Positions 8,642 to 17,730 of a stretch of DNA of 32,000 nucleotides are shown here, piece after piece. Source of the DNA: Acaryochloris marina MBIC11017 (GTDB taxonomy: Bacteria > Cyanobacteriota > Cyanobacteriia > Thermosynechococcales > Thermosynechococcaceae); contig NC_009925.1 in assembly GCF_000018105.1 (NCBI RefSeq), positions 5,550,001 through 5,582,000 of the forward strand, read 5' to 3'. The position numbers and the translations under genes were made by a program. Each line of letters begins with the position of its first letter. The first letter of the stretch is position 1. The notes beneath the pieces are model-generated. The model was not told the origin of the DNA. It searched no databases and saw nothing but the letters and a program-made list of their open reading frames with translations.

Positions 8642-10075
8642 ATGTCGACCCCATCCACCACGAACCTACTGCTTAACTTAGCGTTTGAACCGGCCTTGGA
8701 AGCGCTGGGCGAAGGATTTTACGATCCAGTTATGGCAGCTGAGTTTCCCCATCATCTCTTGCGATTTCGCAATGATGATGTTCTGGGTCAAATGGGTCTG
8801 GATGCGAACCAGGTGAATGATATCGATTTTGTGGAAGCCTACGGGCAGTTTCAGAGTCGAGAACCTTTGCTAGCTCTTTGCTATCACGGTTATCAGTTTG
8901 GGGACTACAATCCCCGCTTAGGGGATGGGCGCGGCTTTCTATACGGCCAGGTCCGTGGAACCGATGGCGAACTTTATGATCTGGGCACTAAGGGATCCGG
9001 AACGACGCCTTATTCCCGAAGTGCAGACGGTCGCTTAACCCTAAAGGGGGGGGTTCGAGAAGTGTTGGCAGCAGAAGCCCTGCACCATTTGGGGGTGCGG
9101 ACCTCTCGCTGCTTGAGTTTAATTGAGACGGGAGAATCTTTATGGCGGGGAGATGAACCTTCACCGACTCGTTCTTCAGTAATGGTGCGGTTTAGTCGGT
9201 CCCATATCCGCTTTGGCACCTTTGAGCGGTTATTGGCCCTGCAGCGACCTGACATGATCCAGCAATTACTGGATCATGTGATCCAGTATTACTATCCTCA
9301 CCTATGGCAACAACCCGATGCCTATGCTCGCTTTTATGCAGAGTTGGTCCAACGGACTGCGGCGTTAGTCGGCCAATGGATGTCTGTGGGGTTTTGCCAT
9401 GCGGTCTTAAACACGGACAATATGTCAATTACAGGGGAAAGCTTTGACTATGGCCCCTATGCCTTTATTCAAACCCTAGACCCTGACTTTACCGCTGCCT
9501 ATTTTGATCATTTCCGGCGCTACAGCTATGGCAACCAGCCCGGTATGTGTCATTGGAATTTGGAGATGTTGCAGCGTCCCCTGGTGGCTGTAATTCCTCA
9601 GGCTGATTTAGATGCAGGGCTTGAAACGTTTAAATCCCATTACTATTCGGCCTATCGACAGCGGATGCTGGGGAAGTTGGGGTTTGAACCCACGGAAATG
9701 TCAGAAGCGGAAGATTTGTTGGTACAGACTTTGGATTTTTTGCAGCGATCGCAAGTTGGATACCATGCGTTCTTTGCTGAATTACGGCTGCAATTCCAAG
9801 AGACCTGGCGCGTTGACCCAGGCCATATTTTTAGTGAATCAGAGCTTCTAAGCCCGCCCCAATGGCAAGATCAATTGGAGACATGGCGGCAGCTTTATCA
9901 TCGGCTGCTTCAGCAATACCCTGAGACTGAGTTAGCTGCTATCAAGCAACGCTTGCAGCGCAATCCCCGGACGGTGATTACCCGTCCTCAAATTGAAGCT
10001 ATTTGGGAGCCAATCATGATAGAAGATGATTGGCAACCCTTCTATGACTTACTGCAGCACCTGCGTCAGCCTTAA
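8642..10075 (+). CDS. selO: Protein adenylyltransferase SelO (YdiU/UPF0061)
   Basis: [63 protein letters not shown] and [23 protein letters not shown] are the SelO signature blocks. Confidence 0.9.
   Translation: MSTPSTTNLLLNLAFEPALEALGEGFYDPVMAAEFPHHLLRFRNDDVLGQMGLDANQVNDIDFVEAYGQFQSREPLLALCYHGYQFGDYNPRLGDGRGFLYGQVRGTDGELYDLGTKGSGTTPYSRSADGRLTLKGGVREVLAAEALHHLGVRTSRCLSLIETGESLWRGDEPSPTRSSVMVRFSRSHIRFGTFERLLALQRPDMIQQLLDHVIQYYYPHLWQQPDAYARFYAELVQRTAALVGQWMSVGFCHAVLNTDNMSITGESFDYGPYAFIQTLDPDFTAAYFDHFRRYSYGNQPGMCHWNLEMLQRPLVAVIPQADLDAGLETFKSHYYSAYRQRMLGKLGFEPTEMSEAEDLLVQTLDFLQRSQVGYHAFFAELRLQFQETWRVDPGHIFSESELLSPPQWQDQLETWRQLYHRLLQQYPETELAAIKQRLQRNPRTVITRPQIEAIWEPIMIEDDWQPFYDLLQHLRQP
9745..9752. 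repeat. HIP1 octamer GCGATCGC
   Basis: Exact match read from the sequence. Confidence 0.95.
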
Positions 10076-10084
10076 AGAGTGAGG

Positions 10085-11644
10085 TTAGTTAATGCGTACT
10101 AACCGAATTTCGGTGCGTTGATTGCGAGCATCACTAGGTGGAATGCCCGGTAACGGTGCACTGAACCCCTTCCCTTCCGCTTGAATCGCTTGCTTTATCC
10201 CCAATCGTTTCAGATATTGAACGACTACTTGAGCCCGTTGTTGGCTTAGGGATTGATTTAAACTAGCAGACCCAGTTTTAGAGGTATGGCCAATCACTCG
10301 CACGGCAACTGTATCCGGGTTAAACTCCGCAATTTCCTTAGATAGCTTATCCAAGGTTTGACGCCCCGAGGAAGTTAAATTGGCGGCTCCTACCGCAAAC
10401 TTCACTTCCCCTCGCACTTTGAGGTTGCCAATACTGGGGGCAGACTTGATATCAGCTGTCGGTTTAGATGCTGTCTGGGTGGAGGGCGACTTTCCTTCCA
10501 GTTTTTTAGCGAGTTCAGGATTATCAGCTCGAACAATATCGATTAATTTTTTGGTGTTATCCGCCGCCTGGCTCACAAACTGAGGGTCATAGAGCTGTGA
10601 GGGATTCTCCGGCACCTGAGTTAACGTGCCCGACAGGACCAAAACAGCGGCTGTTGCCGTAATCCGCTGGTTGAGTGCGTCTTGCTGCATCCAGTCTTGG
10701 GCTTCTAAGGCTGTAAAAAAGTTAATCCCGTTCAGGACCGTATCTGCATCGGGAGCAGATAAATCACCATCAGTCGCAATTTGGTCTTGAAGTTGAGACC
10801 GATTGCTAATGCCGGACTCAATGCGTCGATAGTAGGCGGCTAGAAAGGCCGAAATTTGTTCTGGCTGAGACTGAATTACCTTGTCTGAGGCCACCAAGAC
10901 ATCCACGATGGTATTGGGGGCATCTTTGCTAGAAAGAACGACGGTATGGCCTTGCTTGCGCGCTTGGGAAACAAAGGGTTCCCACAAAACTGCGATCGCA
11001 ACATTTTCCTTCGTATCTTGCATCAGCTTCCAGGACTGGGAAGCGTCCTCCACCTTGATTACCCGGAAATCTGAGAGGTTAAAGGCATCAAACTTGGTAT
11101 CGAGGACCAGGGCTAAATATTCACTAGGCGTATCGCCAGCATAAACAATGGAATATTGTTTCGATTTCCCTTGCTTAACCAGTTGACTGAGATTAATTAA
11201 GGATTTGAGCTGAGGAAACTGACGCGTATTCAATACCACTGCATCAGCCCCCACCGTTCGGTCGATCAGGCCAACAATTTTTCCTTTAGGCTTTTGCTTC
11301 AGAAACTGATCGAGGGTCGTAACGATAAAATCTGCTTTACCTTGCCCTAATGCCTGAGCCCGTTGGGACTGATCAAACTCATCCGCATAGTCAAGGCGGA
11401 TTCCTGGTTCTCCCAACGCCTCTTGAAAGGCGTCATTACGAAAGGTACTGTAGCCGCTAAACGTATCCCCTAAGACCTTGAAGGTTCCTTTCGATCGTCT
11501 AGAACCACTATTGTCTCCTGATTGCCCTAGTAGGCTCGGCAACAGGTCCGGGGCTGTATTTTGCAACAGCAAAAGCCCACCTGCACTCAGTCCTAAAGTT
11601 AAACCCAAAGACGCAAGGAGGGCGATATTTTTATTTTGAGGCAT
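10085..11644 (-). CDS. Membrane-anchored periplasmic substrate-binding-like domain fused to a C-terminal OmpA-like peptidoglycan-binding domain
   Basis: There is an N-terminal TM/signal segment (IALLASLGLTLGLSAGGLLLL). The central region resembles NMT1/SsuA-type binding proteins. The C-terminus VRVIGHTSKTGSASLNQSLSQQRAQVVVQYLKRLGI...NQRTEIRLV is the OmpA_C pattern. Confidence 0.75.
   Translation of the reverse strand: MPQNKNIALLASLGLTLGLSAGGLLLLQNTAPDLLPSLLGQSGDNSGSRRSKGTFKVLGDTFSGYSTFRNDAFQEALGEPGIRLDYADEFDQSQRAQALGQGKADFIVTTLDQFLKQKPKGKIVGLIDRTVGADAVVLNTRQFPQLKSLINLSQLVKQGKSKQYSIVYAGDTPSEYLALVLDTKFDAFNLSDFRVIKVEDASQSWKLMQDTKENVAIAVLWEPFVSQARKQGHTVVLSSKDAPNTIVDVLVASDKVIQSQPEQISAFLAAYYRRIESGISNRSQLQDQIATDGDLSAPDADTVLNGINFFTALEAQDWMQQDALNQRITATAAVLVLSGTLTQVPENPSQLYDPQFVSQAADNTKKLIDIVRADNPELAKKLEGKSPSTQTASKPTADIKSAPSIGNLKVRGEVKFAVGAANLTSSGRQTLDKLSKEIAEFNPDTVAVRVIGHTSKTGSASLNQSLSQQRAQVVVQYLKRLGIKQAIQAEGKGFSAPLPGIPPSDARNQRTEIRLVRIN
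10992..10999. repeat. HIP1 octamer GCGATCGC
   Basis: Exact match read from the sequence. Confidence 0.95.
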
Positions 11645-11689
11645 TGACTCACTCTAGACGTGCCACAACTAGCCATCCTAGCAAGCGTG

Positions 11690-11733
11690 CCCCAAAAGGC
11701 ATCTTATTTAACTAAAAACATGCCTGAATGGGG
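11690..11733 (-). terminator. Candidate weak intrinsic terminator 2 nt after the psbN stop
   Basis: On the minus strand AGGCAT/ATGCCT forms a 6-bp inner stem (11697-11702 with 11720-11725) followed by UUUU. An outer CCCC/GGGG pair lies at 11690-11693 and 11730-11733. The stem is short and the loop is large and AT-rich. Confidence 0.35.
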
Positions 11734-11735
11734 AA

Positions 11736-11876
11736 TTAATCCTCATGCTCTTCAAAGGGATCTGCCAATTGTTTGGAGGGAGGACCGAAAGCTGTATATA
11801 GGGAAACCGCAGTAAAGGCAATGGTTACAGCCAAGATGGTTATGATAAGAACTGTTGCAGGGTCAGAAAATTGCAT
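11736..11876 (-). CDS. psbN: Photosystem II protein PsbN (46 aa)
   Basis: Hand translation gives MQFSDPATVLIITILAVTIAFTAVSLYTAFGPPSKQLADPFEEHED*. The C-terminal YTAFGPPSKQL.DPFEEHED is the PsbN signature. It is divergent from psbH, as is typical. It falls below the size cutoff of the ORF track. Confidence 0.9.
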   Translation of the reverse strand: MQFSDPATVLIITILAVTIAFTAVSLYTAFGPPSKQLADPFEEHED

Positions 11877-11898
11877 TTTTTTATGAGTATCTTTCCTC

Positions 11899-11908
11899 TA
11901 TAATATTA
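11899..11908. promoter_or_regulatory. Overlapping back-to-back candidate -10 boxes for psbH (TATAAT, plus strand 11899-11904) and psbN (TAATAT, minus strand 11903-11908)
   Basis: The sequence TATAATATTA sits in the 76-bp psbN-psbH spacer. It lies about 49 nt upstream of the psbH ATG and about 27 nt upstream of the psbN ATG. No clear -35 element is present on either side. Confidence 0.35.
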
Positions 11909-11952
11909 CGATAAGTTAAAAAATAGTGTTGTTTGTTGTGAGCCGATAAGCT

Positions 11953-12168
11953 ATGCCAAAACAGACCTGGTGGGGAGATGTTCTCAAAGGTAACAATAAT
12001 TCCGAAGCCGGCAAATTCGTGCCTGGTTGGGGGACGACTCCAGTAATGGCTGGTTTTGTAGTCATGATTACGTTGTTGTTGCTTATTATGCTTCAAGTTT
12101 ATAACCACACTATCGTCCTTGATGGTGTTGATGCAGGCTGGACCAGCCTCGGTGGTTTCGGCCAATAA
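11953..12168 (+). CDS. psbH: Photosystem II phosphoprotein PsbH
   Basis: GKFVPGWGTTPVMAGFVVMITLLLLIMLQVYN matches the PsbH core (GWGTTP plus a TM helix). Confidence 0.93.
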   Translation: MPKQTWWGDVLKGNNNSEAGKFVPGWGTTPVMAGFVVMITLLLLIMLQVYNHTIVLDGVDAGWTSLGGFGQ

Positions 12169-12236
12169 GAACATCTTTTAGCATGACGTTTTTCCTGTAG
12201 GTGATACCAATTTCTCTTGAAGTTGATATCCCATCT

Positions 12237-12262
12237 GCCCCGGTCTTCCGGGGCTTTTTATT
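12237..12262 (+). terminator. Intrinsic terminator downstream of psbH
   Basis: GCCCCGG (12237-12243), loop TCTT, then CCGGGGC (12248-12254), followed by TTTTTATT. Confidence 0.8.
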
Positions 12263-12350
12263 GTCGTGAGGTTAGATTTAGGGGAGACTCTAGAGATCCA
12301 TTACAATCGAAGACTAGACCCGCTGCGATCGGAATCTTGAGGAGGACCCC

Positions 12351-12671
12351 ATGAACGTATTTGGTATTGGCTTGCCAGAGATGGCCTTGATTATGGTCAT
12401 TGCTTTGTTGGTATTTGGTCCGAAAAAACTCCCAGAAATTGGTCGGAGTATGGGCAAGGCCCTCAAAAGTTTCCAAGAAGCCTCGAAAGAATTTGAAAAC
12501 GAATTTAAAAAAGAGGCGGATCGGATTAATGAGACTCTAAATGAAACGCCCATGGAAGCAACCTTAGAGACCCCCAAGCCTCAAGAACAGCCTCAGCTGG
12601 AAGGCCAAGAGATGGCTGAAGCCCCAACCGACGACGTAATGGCTGAATCTCCTGAAGTAACGAACTCCTAA
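12351..12671 (+). CDS. tatA: Twin-arginine translocase subunit TatA/E
   Basis: MNVFGIGLPEMALIMVIALLVFGPKKLPEIGRSMGKALKSFQ is the TatA signature. A GAGGAGG Shine-Dalgarno lies 5 nt upstream. Confidence 0.9.
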   Translation: MNVFGIGLPEMALIMVIALLVFGPKKLPEIGRSMGKALKSFQEASKEFENEFKKEADRINETLNETPMEATLETPKPQEQPQLEGQEMAEAPTDDVMAESPEVTNS

Positions 12672-13292
12672 ATGACCGCTCCACTGATTATTCCTGAACT
12701 GATTGTCGGTTTAGGAAACCCTGGTTCCAAATATGATCGCACTCGCCATAATATTGGTTTTGCATTTATCGATCGATTGGCTCAGCACTGGCAAATTTCC
12801 TTAACTTCAGAACGGCGATTCCAAGGTGAATACGGGGAAGGCTTGGGTGGCCAGGGTCGCCGGGTGCGCTTGCTTAAACCCCATACTTATATGAATAACT
12901 CTGGCCAATCCATTCGCGCGGTGATTGATTGGTTCAAGCTAGAGCCCACCTCTGTTTTAGTCATCTATGATGAAATGGCTTTGCCCGTTGGTAAGTTGCG
13001 ACTGCGGCTGAAGGGATCTGCCGGGGGACACAATGGGATGCGCTCCATCATTTCCCATTTGGGTACACCTGAAGTACCCAGGCTACGAATTGGTATTGGC
13101 AGTCCACCCCCAGAAAGAGGCAAAGATACCATCTCTTTTGTGTTAGGACGTTTTGCCCCGTTAGAGAACCAACTGCTTCCGGCGGTTCTTGATCTCGGTG
13201 TAGATGCGGTGGAGATGGCACTCAAGAAAGGGATTGAGCAATCCATGACTCTTTTCAATGGGCGCACAGTTTCCATATCTAGTTCTGAATAA
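12672..13292 (+). CDS. pth: Peptidyl-tRNA hydrolase
   Basis: LIVGLGNPGSKYDRTRHNIGF and GGHNGMRSI are Pth motifs. The ATG directly abuts the tatA TAA stop. Confidence 0.93.
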   Translation: MTAPLIIPELIVGLGNPGSKYDRTRHNIGFAFIDRLAQHWQISLTSERRFQGEYGEGLGGQGRRVRLLKPHTYMNNSGQSIRAVIDWFKLEPTSVLVIYDEMALPVGKLRLRLKGSAGGHNGMRSIISHLGTPEVPRLRIGIGSPPPERGKDTISFVLGRFAPLENQLLPAVLDLGVDAVEMALKKGIEQSMTLFNGRTVSISSSE

Positions 13293-13703
13293 ACTCAATA
13301 ATCCTGAGGCGAGATTATATAAGTTGAGCCTATCGATAGGAAATTCTAATCTATTTCTAGATGACAATGACCTATGAGTCTTTCTCCGTAAGGAGTTTAA
13401 GGGTTCTTCCGCCGTTTTTTGCTCTTTTTTCTAAGAACCAATGATGACTTTTTTTAGGCGCTATAACCCTCTTTCTGTATTGCTTTTAAGGTATTTGTCT
13501 TTACTGTGCTTGCCAAAATCATAATGTATCTATTTGACATTAGATAAGTAAATCATGGTCTAAATGCGTTCATTCATTACAAATCCCATTGGCCCAAACC
13601 CTATTTCAGCTTTATAAACCTTAATTTTTTGCGTAGTATCAGAGAAGAAGGTTCAACCTTGAGTTTTCCTTAAGTCTTGAAAACCCATGGCTGAGCTTTT
13701 TGA

Positions 13704-14039
<336 letters not shown>

Positions 14040-14075
14040 ATCCAACGCCACAGGTTGTGGCTTGTGGCTAATGGT

Positions 14076-14108
14076 TTGGGGCGTTGTTGAGCGCCCCAAT
14101 TTTTTTTG
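14076..14108 (+). terminator. Intrinsic terminator downstream of petF
   Basis: TTGGGGCG (14076-14083) pairs with CGCCCCAA (14092-14099) around an 8-nt loop, followed by a T8 run (14100-14107). Confidence 0.8.
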
Positions 14109-14172
14109 TCGATAACGTTAAAGTAGAAGACATCGCGGTTAGTTGTTCCTAGCCCTATAAAAGGCTGATGTA

Positions 14173-15168
14173 ATGAATGCAGTTGATTATCTTCGAATTA
14201 GCTTGATTGATCGCTGCAATTTTCGCTGTCAATATTGCATGCCCGACACCCAGGACTTGCAATTTTTGCAGCCCACAGCCGTTCTGACAGCGACAGAACT
14301 ATTGACTTTAATTCGGGACGTTTTTATCCCGTTGGGATTTGCTCGCTTCCGCCTTACAGGTGGGGAACCGCTACTGAGGCCCGATATTTTAGATATTGTG
14401 CGCGGAGTTATCGCATTGCCTCAGGTTAAAGATTTGGCGATGACGACAAATGCGTTTTTACTTGAGCCTCTAGCTCAGGATTTATTTGAGGCTGGATTGC
14501 GTCGCATCAATATCAGCCTAGATTCCCTCGTGCCAGAGACCTTTGCCACTATCGTGGGTAGAGATTCACAGAGACACAAACGCTGGAATAAGGTCTGGGC
14601 AGGCATCCAAAAAGCTTATCAAGTCGGGTTTAACCCTCTCAAACTCAATGTGGTGATTATTCCTGGAGTAAATGATCATGAGGTGTTAGATCTGGCAGCG
14701 TTGACCATTGACCGCCAATGGCATGTGCGGTTTATTGAGTTTATGCCGATTGGGAACGCGGATTTATTTTGCGATCGCGGCTGGATACCCTCAGAAGAAC
14801 TCCGAACCCAAATTCGAGATCGATGGGGCCTCACAGACGGACAAGTCCAGGGCAATGGCCCAGCCGATGTGTTCCAAATCCCAGGAGCCCAGGGCACATT
14901 AGGGTTTATCAGTCAGATGTCGGAATGCTTTTGCGATCGCTGTAATCGCATGCGATTATCGGCGGATGGGTGGCTGCGGCCTTGTTTACTGAATGAAACG
15001 GGACAGTTAGATTTAAAGACGGCCTTGAGGGATGGCGTGTCTACAGACGAATTAAGAGATCGCGTCCGGCAGTTATTGGAACTCAAGCCAGAGATAAATT
15101 ACAAGGAGCGACAATCTGGCACGGTGGGAGCAAACTATAGCCGCACCATGTCTCAAATTGGCGGATAA
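14173..15168 (+). CDS. moaA: GTP 3',8-cyclase MoaA (radical SAM, molybdenum cofactor biosynthesis)
   Basis: The radical-SAM motif is [20 protein letters not shown] is present, and the C-terminal cluster is [21 protein letters not shown]. Confidence 0.93.
   Translation: MNAVDYLRISLIDRCNFRCQYCMPDTQDLQFLQPTAVLTATELLTLIRDVFIPLGFARFRLTGGEPLLRPDILDIVRGVIALPQVKDLAMTTNAFLLEPLAQDLFEAGLRRINISLDSLVPETFATIVGRDSQRHKRWNKVWAGIQKAYQVGFNPLKLNVVIIPGVNDHEVLDLAALTIDRQWHVRFIEFMPIGNADLFCDRGWIPSEELRTQIRDRWGLTDGQVQGNGPADVFQIPGAQGTLGFISQMSECFCDRCNRMRLSADGWLRPCLLNETGQLDLKTALRDGVSTDELRDRVRQLLELKPEINYKERQSGTVGANYSRTMSQIGG
14771..14778. repeat. HIP1 octamer GCGATCGC
   Basis: Exact match read from the sequence. Confidence 0.95.
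14933..14940. repeat. HIP1 octamer GCGATCGC
   Basis: Exact match read from the sequence. Confidence 0.95.
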
Positions 15169-15203
15169 CTCAAATGTACGCGCAACATACACTAGAAGAG
15201 GCG

Positions 15204-15220
15204 TACGTTGATGCAACGTA
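15204..15220. promoter_or_regulatory. 17-bp palindrome TACGTTG-ATG-CAACGTA upstream of the AraC-family gene (candidate operator or RNA hairpin)
   Basis: The 7-bp arms are perfect and the spacer is 3 bp. It lies 84 nt upstream of the ATG at 15304 and 36 nt after the moaA stop. No T-run follows. Confidence 0.25.
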
Positions 15221-15303
15221 TGTTTGTTGCCGACTACGGGTAAAGGTAAAGTGTGAATTGTGCCAAATAATGCGAGCAAGTTTGTGCAACCTCTTATACG
15301 TTT

Positions 15304-15936
15304 ATGAACGACTGCATACTCGAAATATGGCAATATACGGCAACTTCCAATGGCTCAGCACTGGTTATTCCTGATGGTTGCAGAGATATTATTCGATCCA
15401 CCTCGTTTGGCAAACGACCTTATTGGCGAATCACAACATTAGATACTCAGACTCGTAATGTGTATATCCACAAAGGGGTTAGCCTGATGGGCATTAGGCT
15501 AAGACCTGGCACTCAGATCAATGAACAGAAGTTATTAGGTAACCTGTCTACTGGCAGCAATAAGCTGGACCTCAAGGATCGGATCAATAGTTTCTGTTTT
15601 CTAAATCAGGCAGTGGCTGAATCTCTTGAATGCTTGAGAAGCCAACCCAGAACAGTATCCACAGCAGCTAAATGGCTGGGAATAACCCCAAGAACTTTAC
15701 AACGGTTGATCACAAGTCAGACAGGACAACCACCACGTTTTTGGCTACAGCTAGCACGGGTTCGGCAAGCAGCTTTAGCCTTAAAAACCTCCACTCCTCT
15801 CAAAGATATTGCCCATATTCATGGATATTCAGATCAGTCCCATATGAGCCGAGAAATCAAACACTGGTTTGGCGTATCGCCTTCGAATCTGACACCTGAG
15901 CAATATGACCGCCTTATGGACTCAGGTTACAGCTAG
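15304..15936 (+). CDS. AraC-family transcriptional regulator
   Basis: The C-terminal double HTH is VSTAAKWLGITPRTLQRLI...IAHIHGYSDQSHMSREIKHWFGVSPS (AraC/XylS signature). The N-terminal domain has no assigned function. Confidence 0.85.
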   Translation: MNDCILEIWQYTATSNGSALVIPDGCRDIIRSTSFGKRPYWRITTLDTQTRNVYIHKGVSLMGIRLRPGTQINEQKLLGNLSTGSNKLDLKDRINSFCFLNQAVAESLECLRSQPRTVSTAAKWLGITPRTLQRLITSQTGQPPRFWLQLARVRQAALALKTSTPLKDIAHIHGYSDQSHMSREIKHWFGVSPSNLTPEQYDRLMDSGYS

Positions 15937-16316
15937 CTGGCAACTGGCGAACAGATCTCAATCAGAAAACCATTGGGATCGATGACATAAGCGGTGGTTT
16001 GCCCCCAAGATTCCTCTCGAATATCCTGCTGTAAAACTGCACCTGCTTCTAAAGCTCTTGTTAAATCAGAGCGAACGTCATTTGACTCAAAAGCCATTTC
16101 AAACACAGGTGCATGGGCTTGGGCCTGAGCTGGAGACTTCCCTAAGTCTTTCATCAAGCTGAATGCTGAAAACGAAAGCGTTGTACTCCCGGTACTCAGC
16201 TCACCATAATCGCCGCTTTCGTGAAGAAACTGCTGATTAAACCCAAACGCCCGCTTAAAAAAGTCTAGGGTTGACGTTACATCTTTCACATAGAGAATCG
16301 TGTATTTGAACTTCAT
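15933..16316 (-). CDS. VOC (glyoxalase/bleomycin resistance/dioxygenase) family protein
   Basis: The product is 127 aa. The N-terminal ILYVKDVTSTLDFFKRAFGF and C-terminal DPNGFLIEI are typical of the VOC beta-alpha-beta-beta-beta fold. Confidence 0.8.
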   Translation of the reverse strand: MKFKYTILYVKDVTSTLDFFKRAFGFNQQFLHESGDYGELSTGSTTLSFSAFSLMKDLGKSPAQAQAHAPVFEMAFESNDVRSDLTRALEAGAVLQQDIREESWGQTTAYVIDPNGFLIEICSPVAS

Positions 16317-16464
16317 TAGATTCTAATTGTAAGAAGGTCGAACTTTTTGAGGATAAGGCGGTATGGCTCAGATGGTCTTGAAAATATGCGACATTTTTTT
16401 GCAGACTTTGACTCCTGAAGGGTTCTTAAGATGGCTAGTCGATGATATGAATCAACTTGCTGCT

Positions 16465-17415
16465 TCAAACGGGTTTTAATTCCGCAATAACAGGCCGATG
16501 ATCAGAACCATTGGCACGGCCTGCCCAAGCATCCATACAGACAAACCCACGGTTCGTAATATGATCGATAGGAATCTTGGCAAACCAATGGGGTAAAGAA
16601 GACTCATAACTCCAGGTAGCCCAGATGCCTTGTCCTCGGGTTGCACTCCATAAATTTGCCTCCTGTAAGAACTGATCGAAATAAGGTGACCAGGGAGAGG
16701 TATTGAAATCCCCCAGAACGATGACACGATTGGGAACCTGCTGAATAAAGGGGGCTAGGCGTTCAAACTGTTGGTTGCGAACGGCAAATGAGGATCGGGT
16801 TAGCGGAATGGGGGGATGAATCCCCACGACCGTCAGCACCTCCTGGGGTGTTTGAATTTGAGTAACTAAGCTAAACGTAAGACCATGCTCCGTCACATTG
16901 GGATATTCCGGAGTCGCTGAGAGGATAGGGTAGCGACTAAAAAATGCATTAGACCCCCGATTAGAGCGTTGACTATAGGGATAATCCAAGCGGTTTTCCA
17001 AATCACGCATGGCCGACTTCGTAATCTCTGTGAGAAACAGAATATCGGGATCTTCCTGCTGAATAGACTGTTGAATGGCACCATAATCTTGATTTTGGGT
17101 CCAGATGTTGTAAGACATCACCCGCAATCCTGATGGTTGCGCCCCTAGGGAGGGTAGTCCTAGCCATTGAATCCAAGGAGCAAGACTAATAGCCAGTAGA
17201 AGTGATGCCAATCCTAGCCCTAGTCGCTGCCTGCGCAGGTCTAGGTGAAACAATCTAAATCCAAGACCTAAACAAGGAATCACACAAACATAAGGCCAAA
17301 ACTCCATTCCTAAGGTTAACGGGAATGAACGATTGACCCAGGGGCATAGATAGAAAATATATAAGCAGAGGCTCAGGAGTAAGGCGGTATGGGAAATGCC
17401 CTGTTTCAGAGTCAT
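16465..17415 (-). CDS. Membrane-anchored endonuclease/exonuclease/phosphatase (EEP) family protein
   Basis: About 3 N-terminal TM helices are followed by an EEP domain: VMSYNIW, DILFLTEI, VLGDFNTSPWS and the terminal GSDHRPV motif. Confidence 0.8.
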   Translation of the reverse strand: MTLKQGISHTALLLSLCLYIFYLCPWVNRSFPLTLGMEFWPYVCVIPCLGLGFRLFHLDLRRQRLGLGLASLLLAISLAPWIQWLGLPSLGAQPSGLRVMSYNIWTQNQDYGAIQQSIQQEDPDILFLTEITKSAMRDLENRLDYPYSQRSNRGSNAFFSRYPILSATPEYPNVTEHGLTFSLVTQIQTPQEVLTVVGIHPPIPLTRSSFAVRNQQFERLAPFIQQVPNRVIVLGDFNTSPWSPYFDQFLQEANLWSATRGQGIWATWSYESSLPHWFAKIPIDHITNRGFVCMDAWAGRANGSDHRPVIAELKPV

Positions 17416-17671
17416 GCCAACGGTTTAGAGGCTGGGTATCGACAAGGATTGGTTCGATTATACTGGGGCAATTTCGAAAGCAATGTAACCTGAGCCTGCC
17501 CTTTAACCCTAGCCTGGATTATTCATGACTATTTAGGCAATTCCTCGAACACGTTTCTAATGGATTAAACGCAGCACCTGCCTGAAATACAGCTTGTTTC
17601 TAGAAGTGTCCCTGTAATCAGTGTTTGAAGCCCTCATGAATCATTCGGACTAGCGGGTGTGCTGACCCTCA

Positions 17672-17705
17672 TAAAAAAACAGTCCCCCTAGCAATAGGAG
17701 GACTG
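17672..17705 (-). terminator. Intrinsic terminator downstream of tkt
   Basis: The minus-strand RNA is CAGUCCUCCUA-UUGC-UAGGGGGACUG, an 11-bp stem with one G-U pair, followed by U7. Confidence 0.85.
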
Positions 17706-17730
17706 CGAACCAAATGATTCTTGAAAGACC

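Noticed and set aside
13361-13444. A 27-aa ORF (MTMTYESFSVRSLRVLPPFFALFSKNQ) and other tiny ORFs in the petF upstream region. A 52-aa minus-strand ORF in 236-388 overlaps the remA start.
   Set aside because: These are AT-rich spacer ORFs without ribosome-binding sites or known motifs, which is consistent with chance.
14040-14172. A possible Moco riboswitch upstream of moaA.
   Set aside because: After subtracting the petF terminator, only about 64 nt remain before the moaA ATG. That is too short for the Moco RNA motif of about 130 nt or more, and no matching conserved helices are visible.
16363-16479. A 38-aa plus-strand ORF (MAQMVLKICDIFLQTLTPEGFLRWLVDDMNQLAASNGF) with a GAGGATAAGG upstream, overlapping the EEP gene 3' end by 15 nt.
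   Set aside because: The SD-like sequence is suggestive, but there is no recognisable homology and conservation cannot be tested here. It is kept only as a note for ribosome profiling or comparative checks.
17416-17671. A gap of about 255 bp between the EEP gene start and the tkt terminator, examined for an ncRNA or small gene.
   Set aside because: I found no stable extended structure, no promoter-terminator pair and no meaningful ORF. It most likely holds only the EEP promoter region.
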